From the NCBI GenBank assembly GCA_964607485.1, contig CAZSKP010000054.1:1-26346 (forward strand): DNA of 26,346 bases, in the 5' to 3' direction. The stretch comes from an uncultured bacterium (GTDB lineage: Bacteria; Abyssobacteria; SURF-5). The translations under genes were made by a program, and so were the position numbers. Shown in pieces: positions 1 through 7,617 of this stretch (positions are counted from its first letter, which is position 1; each line of letters begins with the position of its first letter). The notes beneath the pieces were generated by a model, which was not told the origin of the DNA, searched no databases, and saw only the letters and a program-made list of their open reading frames with translations.

Positions 1-13
1 CCCGCCTTTCAAT

Positions 14-41
14 AAAAAACGGCGGGCGCCATCCCCCGCCG
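14..41 (-). terminator. Intrinsic terminator downstream of pilin 1
   Basis: 7-bp GC stem CGGCGGG (20-26) / CCCGCCG (35-41) with an 8-nt loop. The A6 tract at 14-19 reads U6 on the minus strand. It lies about 70 nt past the pilin stop. Confidence 0.8.
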
Positions 42-108
42 GGGGTAATGCCGACCGGGTTCCCTATGGTTGAACTGGCCCTTGCCAGCTTCCTAGCACA
101 CCTGCCTA

Positions 109-615
109 TTAGCTACCGACCGGTGGGAAAGCGGTTGCCGACGGCGGAGTGTCCGTCGCGCGGACGCCAGCTCGACCGGCCACGTCGCTTCCACGCAGCA
201 CGCCGGACTCATCGATGATAAACGTGCGGTTTCCAGTCTGCCCAAACACCACCGGGCTTGCCGAACCGAACCACTGCACCTCGTCGGTGTTCGTGTTTCC
301 ACTGGTGGTAATCGCGAAAGTATATCCCGACTTCGTACCGCCGCCCAGCACCTCGTCAATATAGGGCGGAGTGGCGTTGGACAACTGCGCGAGGCCGGCG
401 AATTCGCCCGTGCCATCGCCGTCGGCATCAGTGCCAGCACCCGACTGGAACGTGCTCTGCGCGCTCGACATGGTCCTCATCGCGCCGATTGCCGCGGATT
501 CGTTTGAAGCCAGACGCGCACGCAGCAAGTTCGGAATCGCGATGGCGGCTATGATGGCGATAATCGCCACGACGATCATCAACTCAATCAGCGTAAAACC
601 TTTGTTGCCTCTCAT
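109..615 (-). CDS. pilA: Type IV pilin, probable major pilin (class III signal peptide; DUF2950-like head)
   Basis: MRGNKG|FTLIELMIVVAIIAIIAAIAIP with G-1/F+1/E+5. Strong SD AAGGAGGT at 622-629, own sigma54 promoter and terminator. No Cys; DADGDG motif; Ser/Thr-rich. Confidence 0.9.
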   Translation of the reverse strand: MRGNKGFTLIELMIVVAIIAIIAAIAIPNLLRARLASNESAAIGAMRTMSSAQSTFQSGAGTDADGDGTGEFAGLAQLSNATPPYIDEVLGGGTKSGYTFAITTSGNTNTDEVQWFGSASPVVFGQTGNRTFIIDESGVLRGSDVAGRAGVRATDTPPSATAFPPVGS

Positions 616-744
616 GTTCTTACCTCCTTACTGTGATGGGATAGCATTTGTCAATTTACAATGCCATTACACTGTACTCTCTCCAACCCTATTGCCTCAC
701 CTCCCGCCTGCATAAGCATTGCTTTTCATTCCAAGATGAGAATG

Positions 745-761
745 AGCAATTTGCATACCAA
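745..761 (-). promoter_or_regulatory. Sigma54 -24/-12 promoter for pilin 1
   Basis: Minus strand reads TTGGTATGCAAATTGCT: GG-N10-GC, close to the TGGCAC-N5-TTGC consensus. Intergenic and correctly oriented; PilS/PilR are encoded in the locus. Confidence 0.85.
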
Positions 762-863
762 CCTGCCCCAACGCCTCCTCTTCACCAACGGCCTGAACGC
801 GGAAATTGCCGTCAATAAAGGGAAAAAGCAGCCAAATTCTCGGTCTAACATGTGCGTTGAACC

Positions 864-943
864 CGTCCATTTTCCCCATGTTCCAACAGCCTTTCTTCAT
901 GTACTTCATGACAAAAACCGTCGCTGGACGTCGATTTTCGGCA
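864..943. promoter_or_regulatory. Candidate enhancer (UAS) boxes for a sigma54 activator, probably PilR
   Basis: Three related 15-mers: CGTCCATTTTCCCCA (864-878), TGACAAAAACCGTCG (909-923) and CGTCGATTTTCGGCA (929-943). The last two form an imperfect inverted pair (11/15). They lie about 100-180 bp upstream of the -24 element. Confidence 0.45.
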
Positions 944-944
944 T

Positions 945-1469
945 TCACTGAGACACCGCAGGATAGTTACCCCCAAAGGCAGGGGCGGCGGTCAGCCGCG
1001 TTGCGGGGGTTCCAGCAGCGCCCACCACACCGCCTACATCGCTTCCTCTTAACACGCCCGATTCGTCGATGTAGAAAGTCCTGTTGCCACTCCGACCCTT
1101 ACTGATGGGAAAGGCAGTCGCCTCCCACAATATTTCGTCGCTGTCGGGAACGCCCGTCGTAGTAACCGAAAAAAGATAGCCCGACTTCTGTCCGCTGCCC
1201 AGGCTGTTGTCTATAAACGCAGGCACCGCGCTGCTCAACTGCGAGAACGAGCCGAATTCCCCGATGCCGTCCCCATCAGCATCCGTCGCGCTCATGCCCT
1301 GGAAGGCTATTTGCGCGCTCGACAGCGTCCTCATCGCGCCGAGGGCGTTGGCCTCATTCGCCGCCAACTTGGAGCGCAGCAGGCGGGGTATCGCTATTGC
1401 CGCAAGGATGACGATGATCGAAACGACGATCATCAACTCGATCAACGTAAAACCGGAATTCCTCTTCAT
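945..1469 (-). CDS. Type IV pilin paralog (pilin 2)
   Basis: MKRNSG|FTLIELMIVVSIIVILAAIAIP. Collinear with pilin 1 (MRTxSSAQ, TDADGDGxGEF, KSGY, GNRTFxIDESGVLRGSDV). No Cys; SD-like GGGAG upstream. Confidence 0.9.
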   Translation of the reverse strand: MKRNSGFTLIELMIVVSIIVILAAIAIPRLLRSKLAANEANALGAMRTLSSAQIAFQGMSATDADGDGIGEFGSFSQLSSAVPAFIDNSLGSGQKSGYLFSVTTTGVPDSDEILWEATAFPISKGRSGNRTFYIDESGVLRGSDVGGVVGAAGTPATRLTAAPAFGGNYPAVSQ

Positions 1470-1518
1470 AAACTATTTCTCCCATTGGTATTTCAGAAAT
1501 ATTTCGGATAGGCCAAAG

Positions 1519-1535
1519 AGCAAGAACTGTACCAA
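1519..1535 (-). promoter_or_regulatory. Sigma54 -24/-12 promoter for pilin 2
   Basis: Minus strand reads TTGGTACAGTTCTTGCT (GG-N10-GC) in the 75-bp gap upstream of pilin 2. Confidence 0.8.
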
Positions 1536-1544
1536 ATACTTACA

Positions 1545-3938
1545 CTACTTTACGGTGGGCAGAGAATCGAGGATTGGAGACATGCGTGGATCATTCGAGG
1601 CTAAGTCATAAATATCTTTGTAATCAAGACTTAGAGCTTTCCCAAGGCTGCCGGAAGAACCCGTCCTGTCACCCTCCAGCGCCTGCAGACAAGCAAAGTT
1701 GTACCAGTTCTGGGCGTTGTCGGGCTCGAGCTCGACTGCCGTTTTCAGTAACTTTCTCGCACTTTCCGTTTCTCTTAGCCTGAGATAGACCACCCCAAGA
1801 GACGAGAGAACTTCGGGGGAGTCGGGCTTGAGCCGGAGAGCTTCTTGGAACATCTCTGCCGCCTTCCTGTTCTTCCCCATGTCGGCGTAGCAGAGCCCAA
1901 GGTTATGGTAATCCTCGAAACTGGGAACGTCGGAGGAAATCGCCCGGCGAAAATAGGGAACAGCCTTTCGGGCTTCGCCACGATTCAGGAATGCCTGTCC
2001 CACATTGTGGTTCGAGGCGGCATCGTCCGGATTGGCGCGGAAGGCCGCGAGAAATTTCTCGAACGCCTCGTCCTCTTCCCCGCGCTCGGCGAGTATTGCG
2101 CCGATGTTGTTCAACGCGCGCGAGTCGTTCGGGTAGAGCCGCAACGAATCTTCATAGAAGCGCTCGGCCGCAGCGATGTCGTTGTTCCACTGATAATAGA
2201 CGCCATAGTTGAATAGATGGTTCCCGTATATCCTTCCCGCCGCGAGGTCGTGGCCTATGCGCTCCCCTATCTCGACAGCATTCGGGACATCCGAAACATC
2301 TGAGGAAACCTTCTCGCCGGCCGGAAGGATTTGAAAAACCAAATGATGGGGGACAAACTGGTCCATCAGCAGTTGATTGGATTCAATCCCTTCCCAGAAT
2401 ATCGGAAACTTGGAGACGTTCATTTCGTAGAAGAGTTTGAAATAGGAATTTGCAAACCACGGCAATCCGTCTTTACGCGCGTGAAGGTGAGACGGACGAA
2501 CGCCTTCATCGCTCTCATAGTGAAATTCCTGGGGTATGTTCAACTCCGGATACCGGCGGCGGATTTGGTCCAGGTAGCCGGGCCTGGTCAATCCGTTCCG
2601 CGTGATGACCTTCACGTCGGTGCGGTAGTTCTCGCAGTACTGGAGGTACCAGCTTATGAACAGCGGATCGGCCGTCCCCGTTATGAGGACGGCGTCATGC
2701 GGGAGAGACGACAGCAGAGACTCGCCGTACTGTTTGGCGTACCGGTATCCCCGTTTATTGTTTTCCGGAAAATGAACGATGAGAAGAGCAAGGAAGAGCA
2801 GAACGGCCGCGCAGTGGAACGACCGCGCCAGAAGCCTTCCCCGCACGCCCGACAACGCCGAGGCGGCGCGCTCGGCCCATCCGCAAAGAGAGGCTGTGCC
2901 GAAGCCGAGCCAGATCGTAAGCATCAGCACCGCCGGCACGAGATACGCCGAGATGAACGCGCTGTTGAGGCTCACGAGAAAGAGAATCAGAATGACGATG
3001 GCCCCATATCCAATCACCGCTCTCTTTCCCGTTTTCCACAGTCCCAGCGCGCCCGCCAGCGCCAGCGCACACCCGGGCAGAGTCAGGTCGGAGAGAAACA
3101 AGTGGACAATGCTGCGGAGGCCCCGCGCAAAATCCACAAGGCCGGGAAGCCGCAACAGATTGGAGCTGTACTGCTGGGCAGTCACAACCCACAGGAAATT
3201 CTTGAGCGTTTCCGGATTCCCCCAGTCTATGGCGGGGTCGAACCGCGAGCGAAGCGGAAGATACGCGTAAACCGAAAGGCCGAGCAGGAACAGCGCGACC
3301 ATCGCGAGCAGCCTGGCGGGCTTGAAAAGCTTCAGGCGCAGGCCGGACAACAGAATGAAGGCCACAGAAGGCGCGAAAAACAGTCCGGCCACGTGGTTGG
3401 TGAAGCTCAGTCCGTAAATGAAGCTGAAAGCAAGGAGCCGCCGCGTCAACCGCGGGGAGTCCGGACCAGCCGCCTCGATTCGAAATGCCAGCAACGTCAC
3501 TGTCAACATGAAAAACGAGTGCAGCGTCGTCGTCTCGGCGACGACGGACTGCTCCCATAGTGTAGAAGAAAACGCGCCGCATAAGGCCGCGGTCACGCCT
3601 GCAAAATTCGCAAAGCGTCCAATTCGCTCTTCCCGCCGCACCAGCTCGCGAACAATCTGAAACAGCATCGCGCACGTGAGCGCTCCGAAGAAGGCAGACA
3701 TCAGGTTGACGCGATACGCCGGAGAACCGAGCGGGACAAGCGTGAACAGCTTTCCGAGAATCGCGTAGAGAGGATGGCCGGGCGGATGCGGGATGCCGAG
3801 CGTGTAACAGGCGGCGATCAACTCGCCCGCGTCGTCCCAGTACACGGTCGGACAGAGCGTGTATGCGTACACGAAAAGAACCATTCCGAAAAGCGCCGCT
3901 GCAATGAAAAGGTGTGAGCGGGTCTTGAGCACATTCAT
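1545..3938 (-). CDS. DUF2723/TMEM260-like multi-pass GT-C glycosyltransferase with C-terminal TPR array (copy 1)
   Basis: N-terminal TLCPTVYWDDAGELIAACYTLGIPHPPGHPLY...GSPAYRVNLMSAFFGA and later DWGNPETLKNF match the DUF2723 signature. Many hydrophobic segments, followed by a soluble domain and multiple TPRs ending WYNFAC...DP. Confidence 0.85.
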   Translation of the reverse strand: MNVLKTRSHLFIAAALFGMVLFVYAYTLCPTVYWDDAGELIAACYTLGIPHPPGHPLYAILGKLFTLVPLGSPAYRVNLMSAFFGALTCAMLFQIVRELVRREERIGRFANFAGVTAALCGAFSSTLWEQSVVAETTTLHSFFMLTVTLLAFRIEAAGPDSPRLTRRLLAFSFIYGLSFTNHVAGLFFAPSVAFILLSGLRLKLFKPARLLAMVALFLLGLSVYAYLPLRSRFDPAIDWGNPETLKNFLWVVTAQQYSSNLLRLPGLVDFARGLRSIVHLFLSDLTLPGCALALAGALGLWKTGKRAVIGYGAIVILILFLVSLNSAFISAYLVPAVLMLTIWLGFGTASLCGWAERAASALSGVRGRLLARSFHCAAVLLFLALLIVHFPENNKRGYRYAKQYGESLLSSLPHDAVLITGTADPLFISWYLQYCENYRTDVKVITRNGLTRPGYLDQIRRRYPELNIPQEFHYESDEGVRPSHLHARKDGLPWFANSYFKLFYEMNVSKFPIFWEGIESNQLLMDQFVPHHLVFQILPAGEKVSSDVSDVPNAVEIGERIGHDLAAGRIYGNHLFNYGVYYQWNNDIAAAERFYEDSLRLYPNDSRALNNIGAILAERGEEDEAFEKFLAAFRANPDDAASNHNVGQAFLNRGEARKAVPYFRRAISSDVPSFEDYHNLGLCYADMGKNRKAAEMFQEALRLKPDSPEVLSSLGVVYLRLRETESARKLLKTAVELEPDNAQNWYNFACLQALEGDRTGSSGSLGKALSLDYKDIYDLASNDPRMSPILDSLPTVK
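3822..3845. repeat. 24-bp exact repeat shared by the two DUF2723 genes (second copy 6212-6235)
   Basis: CTCGCCCGCGTCGTCCCAGTACAC occurs at both sites and encodes VYWDDAGE on the minus strand. Confidence 0.85.
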
Positions 3939-6322
3939 CCCGGAACCCTCTCTTTCGAGAGATCATCAGAGAATTCTCTCAAGTCGGCGTCATCCCGCGC
4001 CCGTTCAAGCATCGCGTCTCCACCGACCTCGACCGAGCGTCTCAGTGCGCTCAGCGCGCTCTCACGGCTTCCGACACGGGCATAATACTTGGCCAGCGCG
4101 AACAAGCCGGCAGCGGAATTCGGGTCCAGCTCCAGCGCCCTGTCCAGAACGGTCTTCGCCTCGTCGAGCCGTCCGGTCTGAATATAGACAGAGGCAAGTC
4201 CTCTGAGAGCAAATACATAGGTTGGTTCGACCTCGAGCGCCTCCTCGAATTTTTCGGCCGCGTCCTCGTTCTGGCCCACGAGTAAGTAGAGCTGGCCCAT
4301 GGCGGTCATCGCCTCGTAGTAACTCGGACACAGACGCGTCGCCTTGCGATACGCCAAGAAAGCGTCACCGAACCGGCCAAGGTTTCTGTACGCGTTTCCG
4401 AGCCCGTAGTAGGCGGTGGCCATGTAGGGGTTTCCCCGAACAGCGAGGCGATACTGACGAGCCGCCACGTCGTGATGACCGGCGCGCGCCTCTATCCTGC
4501 CGAGGTTGTATCGGCTGATGGGAAAATCCGGATTGAATTTCAGCGCGAGCTCGATCGCCCATCTGGAGAGGTCGTCGCGCCCCAACTCTTCAAACATGAG
4601 TCCTATATTGTTAAGCTCCACGGGGTATATTTCCTGCGCGACCTTGTCCCTCTTCATTGAGGGATTGCGCAGGAGAAATTCCAACTCGGAATCCCAAAAC
4701 TCGCGATTACGGACCAGCATCTCGTCGTCCAATACCACCGGCTGGGGAGAATAGCGACTCACAATGCCCTGTGGAACGAGATTCCGCGAAAAAGGGAGGC
4801 CGCGCGAGATAATTCCCCAGTAGATCGGCCGTCGCTTGCAGTTCTCATCCAGGATGGCCTGAATCTTCAGATACTTTCTCATCTCCGGGGTATCACCCTC
4901 CGAAAGACGACTTGCGACATCCTCAGCGGCCGGAAGAAGGAGGTCGGGATATTGTTCCATTACCTGCGAGCTGAGCGCGTTGTTCCCAGATAACCACGTG
5001 GGCTCTATGACCATCAGGTCGGGCCGCCGGTTCTCGCAATGAATAAGATACCAGAGTATGAACAGCGCATATCCGTCAACGGTAAAGAAAGCCGAGTCTT
5101 TGGGCAACCGGTCGAGAATCTCTTCACCGTAGCGCAGGGCGTACAGGTCGTCGCTTCGGTCCATATCTTTGAAATGCATTGTCAGGGGGAGCACAAAGCT
5201 TAAAGAGAGGGCCACGCAGAGCGTCGGGCTCACAACCATGGCGACCGACCGAGCCCTGATTCGCCCCGAAAGTCGGATTATCCATCCAAACGATTGCTGA
5301 AGGCCCACCCCTATCCAGATTGCCATGAGGGCCAGCGCGGGGATGAAATACGCAGAGATGAACGCCGTGTTAAGCTCGATGTAGAAGAGGACCATGATGA
5401 CCAGCAGGCTGAATATGACTACCCGCCTCTCACCCCGGAGGAGCGTCCACGCTCCCACTACTCCCAACGCGCAGCCCACGACGGTGAACTGATGAAGCAG
5501 ATCCTGTCCACGAAGGTAAAGGTTCGCCGCTATGGCAAACACATTCGGTTCGCTGAGAAGATTCGGAGAAAACTGTCTGGCCGTCACTACCCAGAGGAAG
5601 TTCGTCAGGTTCTCCGGGTTGCCCCAATCGAGCGGCGGGTTGGCCAGCGACCTTATGGGCAGGTACGCATACACCAGCAATCCGACTGCCGCCCAGAACA
5701 GCATCTTCAGCAGAGTGCGCGGCATGAAAAGGCGCTTTCCATACGTTGCTATGAAAATGTATGCGAAGGCCGGGAAGAAGAAAACCCCCGCCACGTGATT
5801 CGTGAGGCTGAACCCATACAGGAAGCTGAACAGGCAGAGCGACCGCGACTCGTTCTTCCAAATGATCCCGCCCGACGCCATGCGAAATGCGAGAAGGGTG
5901 AGCAGCATCATGAAGAAGCAATGGAGGGTCGAGTTTTCGGCAACCGTGGCCTGGTCCCACACGGTGGGCGAGAACGCGAAGAAAAACGCCCCTCCCAGAG
6001 CCGCCGCCGGCTTCCACAAGCTCTCCTCGAGCCGCTCGCCGATTATCAGATACACGAGCAGACAACTGACCGCCCCGAAGAACGCCGACATGAAATTAAC
6101 GCGCCATGCTACCGACCCCGCCGGTATCAGGGTGAACGCCTTACCGATGAGCGCATACAGGGGATGGCCCGGGGGATGCGGGATACCGAGCGTGTAAGCC
6201 GCGGTTATCAGCTCGCCCGCGTCGTCCCAGTACACCGTCGGGCAAAGTGTGAGGGTGTAGACGACCAGGGAGAAAGCAAACGCAAGCCAGCCCACTCGCT
6301 TTCCAAAGGTCGAGAGGTTCAT
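3935..6322 (-). CDS. DUF2723/TMEM260-like GT-C glycosyltransferase with TPR array (copy 2)
   Basis: TLCPTVYWDDAGELITAAYTLGIPHPPGHPLY...WRVNFMSAFFGA, LTNHVAG and DWGNPENL motifs, then TPRs. Its stop overlaps the copy 1 start (ATGA at 3935-3938), and it abuts the GT2 stop. Confidence 0.85.
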   Translation of the reverse strand: MNLSTFGKRVGWLAFAFSLVVYTLTLCPTVYWDDAGELITAAYTLGIPHPPGHPLYALIGKAFTLIPAGSVAWRVNFMSAFFGAVSCLLVYLIIGERLEESLWKPAAALGGAFFFAFSPTVWDQATVAENSTLHCFFMMLLTLLAFRMASGGIIWKNESRSLCLFSFLYGFSLTNHVAGVFFFPAFAYIFIATYGKRLFMPRTLLKMLFWAAVGLLVYAYLPIRSLANPPLDWGNPENLTNFLWVVTARQFSPNLLSEPNVFAIAANLYLRGQDLLHQFTVVGCALGVVGAWTLLRGERRVVIFSLLVIMVLFYIELNTAFISAYFIPALALMAIWIGVGLQQSFGWIIRLSGRIRARSVAMVVSPTLCVALSLSFVLPLTMHFKDMDRSDDLYALRYGEEILDRLPKDSAFFTVDGYALFILWYLIHCENRRPDLMVIEPTWLSGNNALSSQVMEQYPDLLLPAAEDVASRLSEGDTPEMRKYLKIQAILDENCKRRPIYWGIISRGLPFSRNLVPQGIVSRYSPQPVVLDDEMLVRNREFWDSELEFLLRNPSMKRDKVAQEIYPVELNNIGLMFEELGRDDLSRWAIELALKFNPDFPISRYNLGRIEARAGHHDVAARQYRLAVRGNPYMATAYYGLGNAYRNLGRFGDAFLAYRKATRLCPSYYEAMTAMGQLYLLVGQNEDAAEKFEEALEVEPTYVFALRGLASVYIQTGRLDEAKTVLDRALELDPNSAAGLFALAKYYARVGSRESALSALRRSVEVGGDAMLERARDDADLREFSDDLSKERVPG

Positions 6323-7057
6323 CTAAGCACCGGCGTTTCGCTCGGACCGCAGGTAAACGGCCCTGTGAAAGGTTCGCTTCCACCAGAATCCGAACAGGTC
6401 TTTCACCGTTCTCCATATGACCGCGGCGCTTCCGCAGGCCGCCTTGCCGCCCGAGCGGGGAACGTAGGTGATGTCAACCTCCCGGAGGCGGTATCCGAGG
6501 TCCCGCGCCTTTATCATTATCTCGGCCGTTATGAAGACGCCCCGCGACTCGATGCTCATCCGCTTGAGCATCTCTCTTCGGTACATATGGATGTAGTTGA
6601 ACTGGCGTTCCTTCATGCCGAACAACAGCTTTATGAGAGCGATATTAACGAGCGAAACGAACTTTCGGGCGAGCGAATAATCACGGCGGTCGGAACGTAT
6701 CCCGACGACGAGGTCGCACTCGCGCGAGGCATCGATGTACTTGTGAAGCTCGTTGAGGTCGAGCGCGAGGTCGGCTGGAATGAATATCACGAACTCGCCC
6801 CGGCTGGCCTCGATTCCTGTGAAAACTCCGCTGCCGGGGCCGAGGTTGCACGGATGATCGATCAATAGGATGCGGGCGTCGGCTTCGGCGAGCTCAACGG
6901 CAATGGCACGTGTGCGGTCGGTGCTTCCGTCGTTCACGATGATTATCTCGAAACTTGTCGAGAGCTCATCGAGCTTGTGGGCGACGAGTGTGACCGAGGA
7001 GCGGAGGTTGGCCTCTTCGTTGAAAGCGGGCACGACGACGGACAGGTAAGGTCTCAT
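6323..7057 (-). CDS. GT2 glycosyltransferase, Dpm1/polyprenol-phosphate sugar synthase-like (244 aa)
   Basis: LSVVVPAFNEE, IIVNDGSTD, IPADL (DxD variant), GIRS and EVDITYVPRSGG. Start moved to ATG 7057 (GGAGG upstream) because the longer ORF-track version overlaps the acyltransferase; GTG 7066 is an alternative. Confidence 0.85.
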   Translation of the reverse strand: MRPYLSVVVPAFNEEANLRSSVTLVAHKLDELSTSFEIIIVNDGSTDRTRAIAVELAEADARILLIDHPCNLGPGSGVFTGIEASRGEFVIFIPADLALDLNELHKYIDASRECDLVVGIRSDRRDYSLARKFVSLVNIALIKLLFGMKERQFNYIHMYRREMLKRMSIESRGVFITAEIMIKARDLGYRLREVDITYVPRSGGKAACGSAAVIWRTVKDLFGFWWKRTFHRAVYLRSERNAGA

Positions 7058-7062
7058 TCCAT

Positions 7063-7572
7063 TCACCGCCTCCGAATCAATCTTGCCGGAACCCCGCCGA
7101 CCACCGTGTACGGTTCCACGTCGCGACACACAACCGCGCCGGCGCCCACCTGGGCTCCCTTTCCCACCGTTACTCCGGGAAGGAGCACCGCCGCCGTGCC
7201 GATGTCGGCGTCGTCCTCGACTGTGACCGGCTTGAACACGATGGGCGTGTGGAGTATCGGCATGGAAACGTCCTTGCCCTCGTGATGCGAAGTGATTATC
7301 CTCACCCCGGGGCCTATACCGACGTTCGAGCCGACTATCAGGCCGCCTGCGCTGTGGAAGAAGCACTGCTGGCCTATCCACGTGCCGCTTCCTATCACCA
7401 TCTTGTTCTTGTGGTATCCCTTCAGAATGGTGTTGTGCCCGATATAGACATCGTCGCCGATCTCGATGTTTTCGGGATGGAAAATGAGCACGCCCGCCTC
7501 AAACACAACGTCTTTGCCGAGGCGGGCCAGCTTTGAAATATCCGGCGCTCCGCTGCCGTGAGATTTCGCCAT
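7063..7572 (-). CDS. Hexapeptide-repeat (left-handed beta-helix) sugar acyltransferase
   Basis: Repeated IG-x-x-V-x-IG units, a TSHH motif and the C-terminal VGAGAVVCRDVEPYTVVGGVPARLIR typical of the Maa/LacA/WcaF-like family. Confidence 0.9.
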   Translation of the reverse strand: MAKSHGSGAPDISKLARLGKDVVFEAGVLIFHPENIEIGDDVYIGHNTILKGYHKNKMVIGSGTWIGQQCFFHSAGGLIVGSNVGIGPGVRIITSHHEGKDVSMPILHTPIVFKPVTVEDDADIGTAAVLLPGVTVGKGAQVGAGAVVCRDVEPYTVVGGVPARLIRRR

Positions 7573-7617
7573 TGTAACGCCCGATCGTTTTGCGCTCTGT
7601 TTCCTGGCCTTTTTCCT

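Noticed and set aside
626-654. Perfect TTGACA on the minus strand upstream of pilin 1
   Set aside because: No -10 element at 16-18 bp; that position falls on the Shine-Dalgarno.
697-948. 83-aa minus-strand ORF between the pilins (GTGA overlap with the pilin 2 stop)
   Set aside because: No recognisable motif, and it runs across the pilin 1 sigma54 promoter and candidate enhancer; better explained as regulatory DNA.
109-1469. Geobacter-type short conductive e-pilins, or silent antigenic-variation cassettes
   Set aside because: Both are full-length (168 and 174 aa) with intact signal peptides and their own promoters, and are not notably aromatic-rich.
2331-6868. Long plus-strand ORFs (409 aa, 524 aa) and similar ones at 10121, 12871, 22908 and 23714
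   Set aside because: Antisense shadows of well-supported genes, expected from GC-rich codon bias; no motifs.
7058-7381. N-terminal extension of the GT2 in the ORF track (352 aa)
   Set aside because: Arg/Gly-rich off-frame translation overlapping the acyltransferase; GT2 similarity starts at MRPYLSVVVP.
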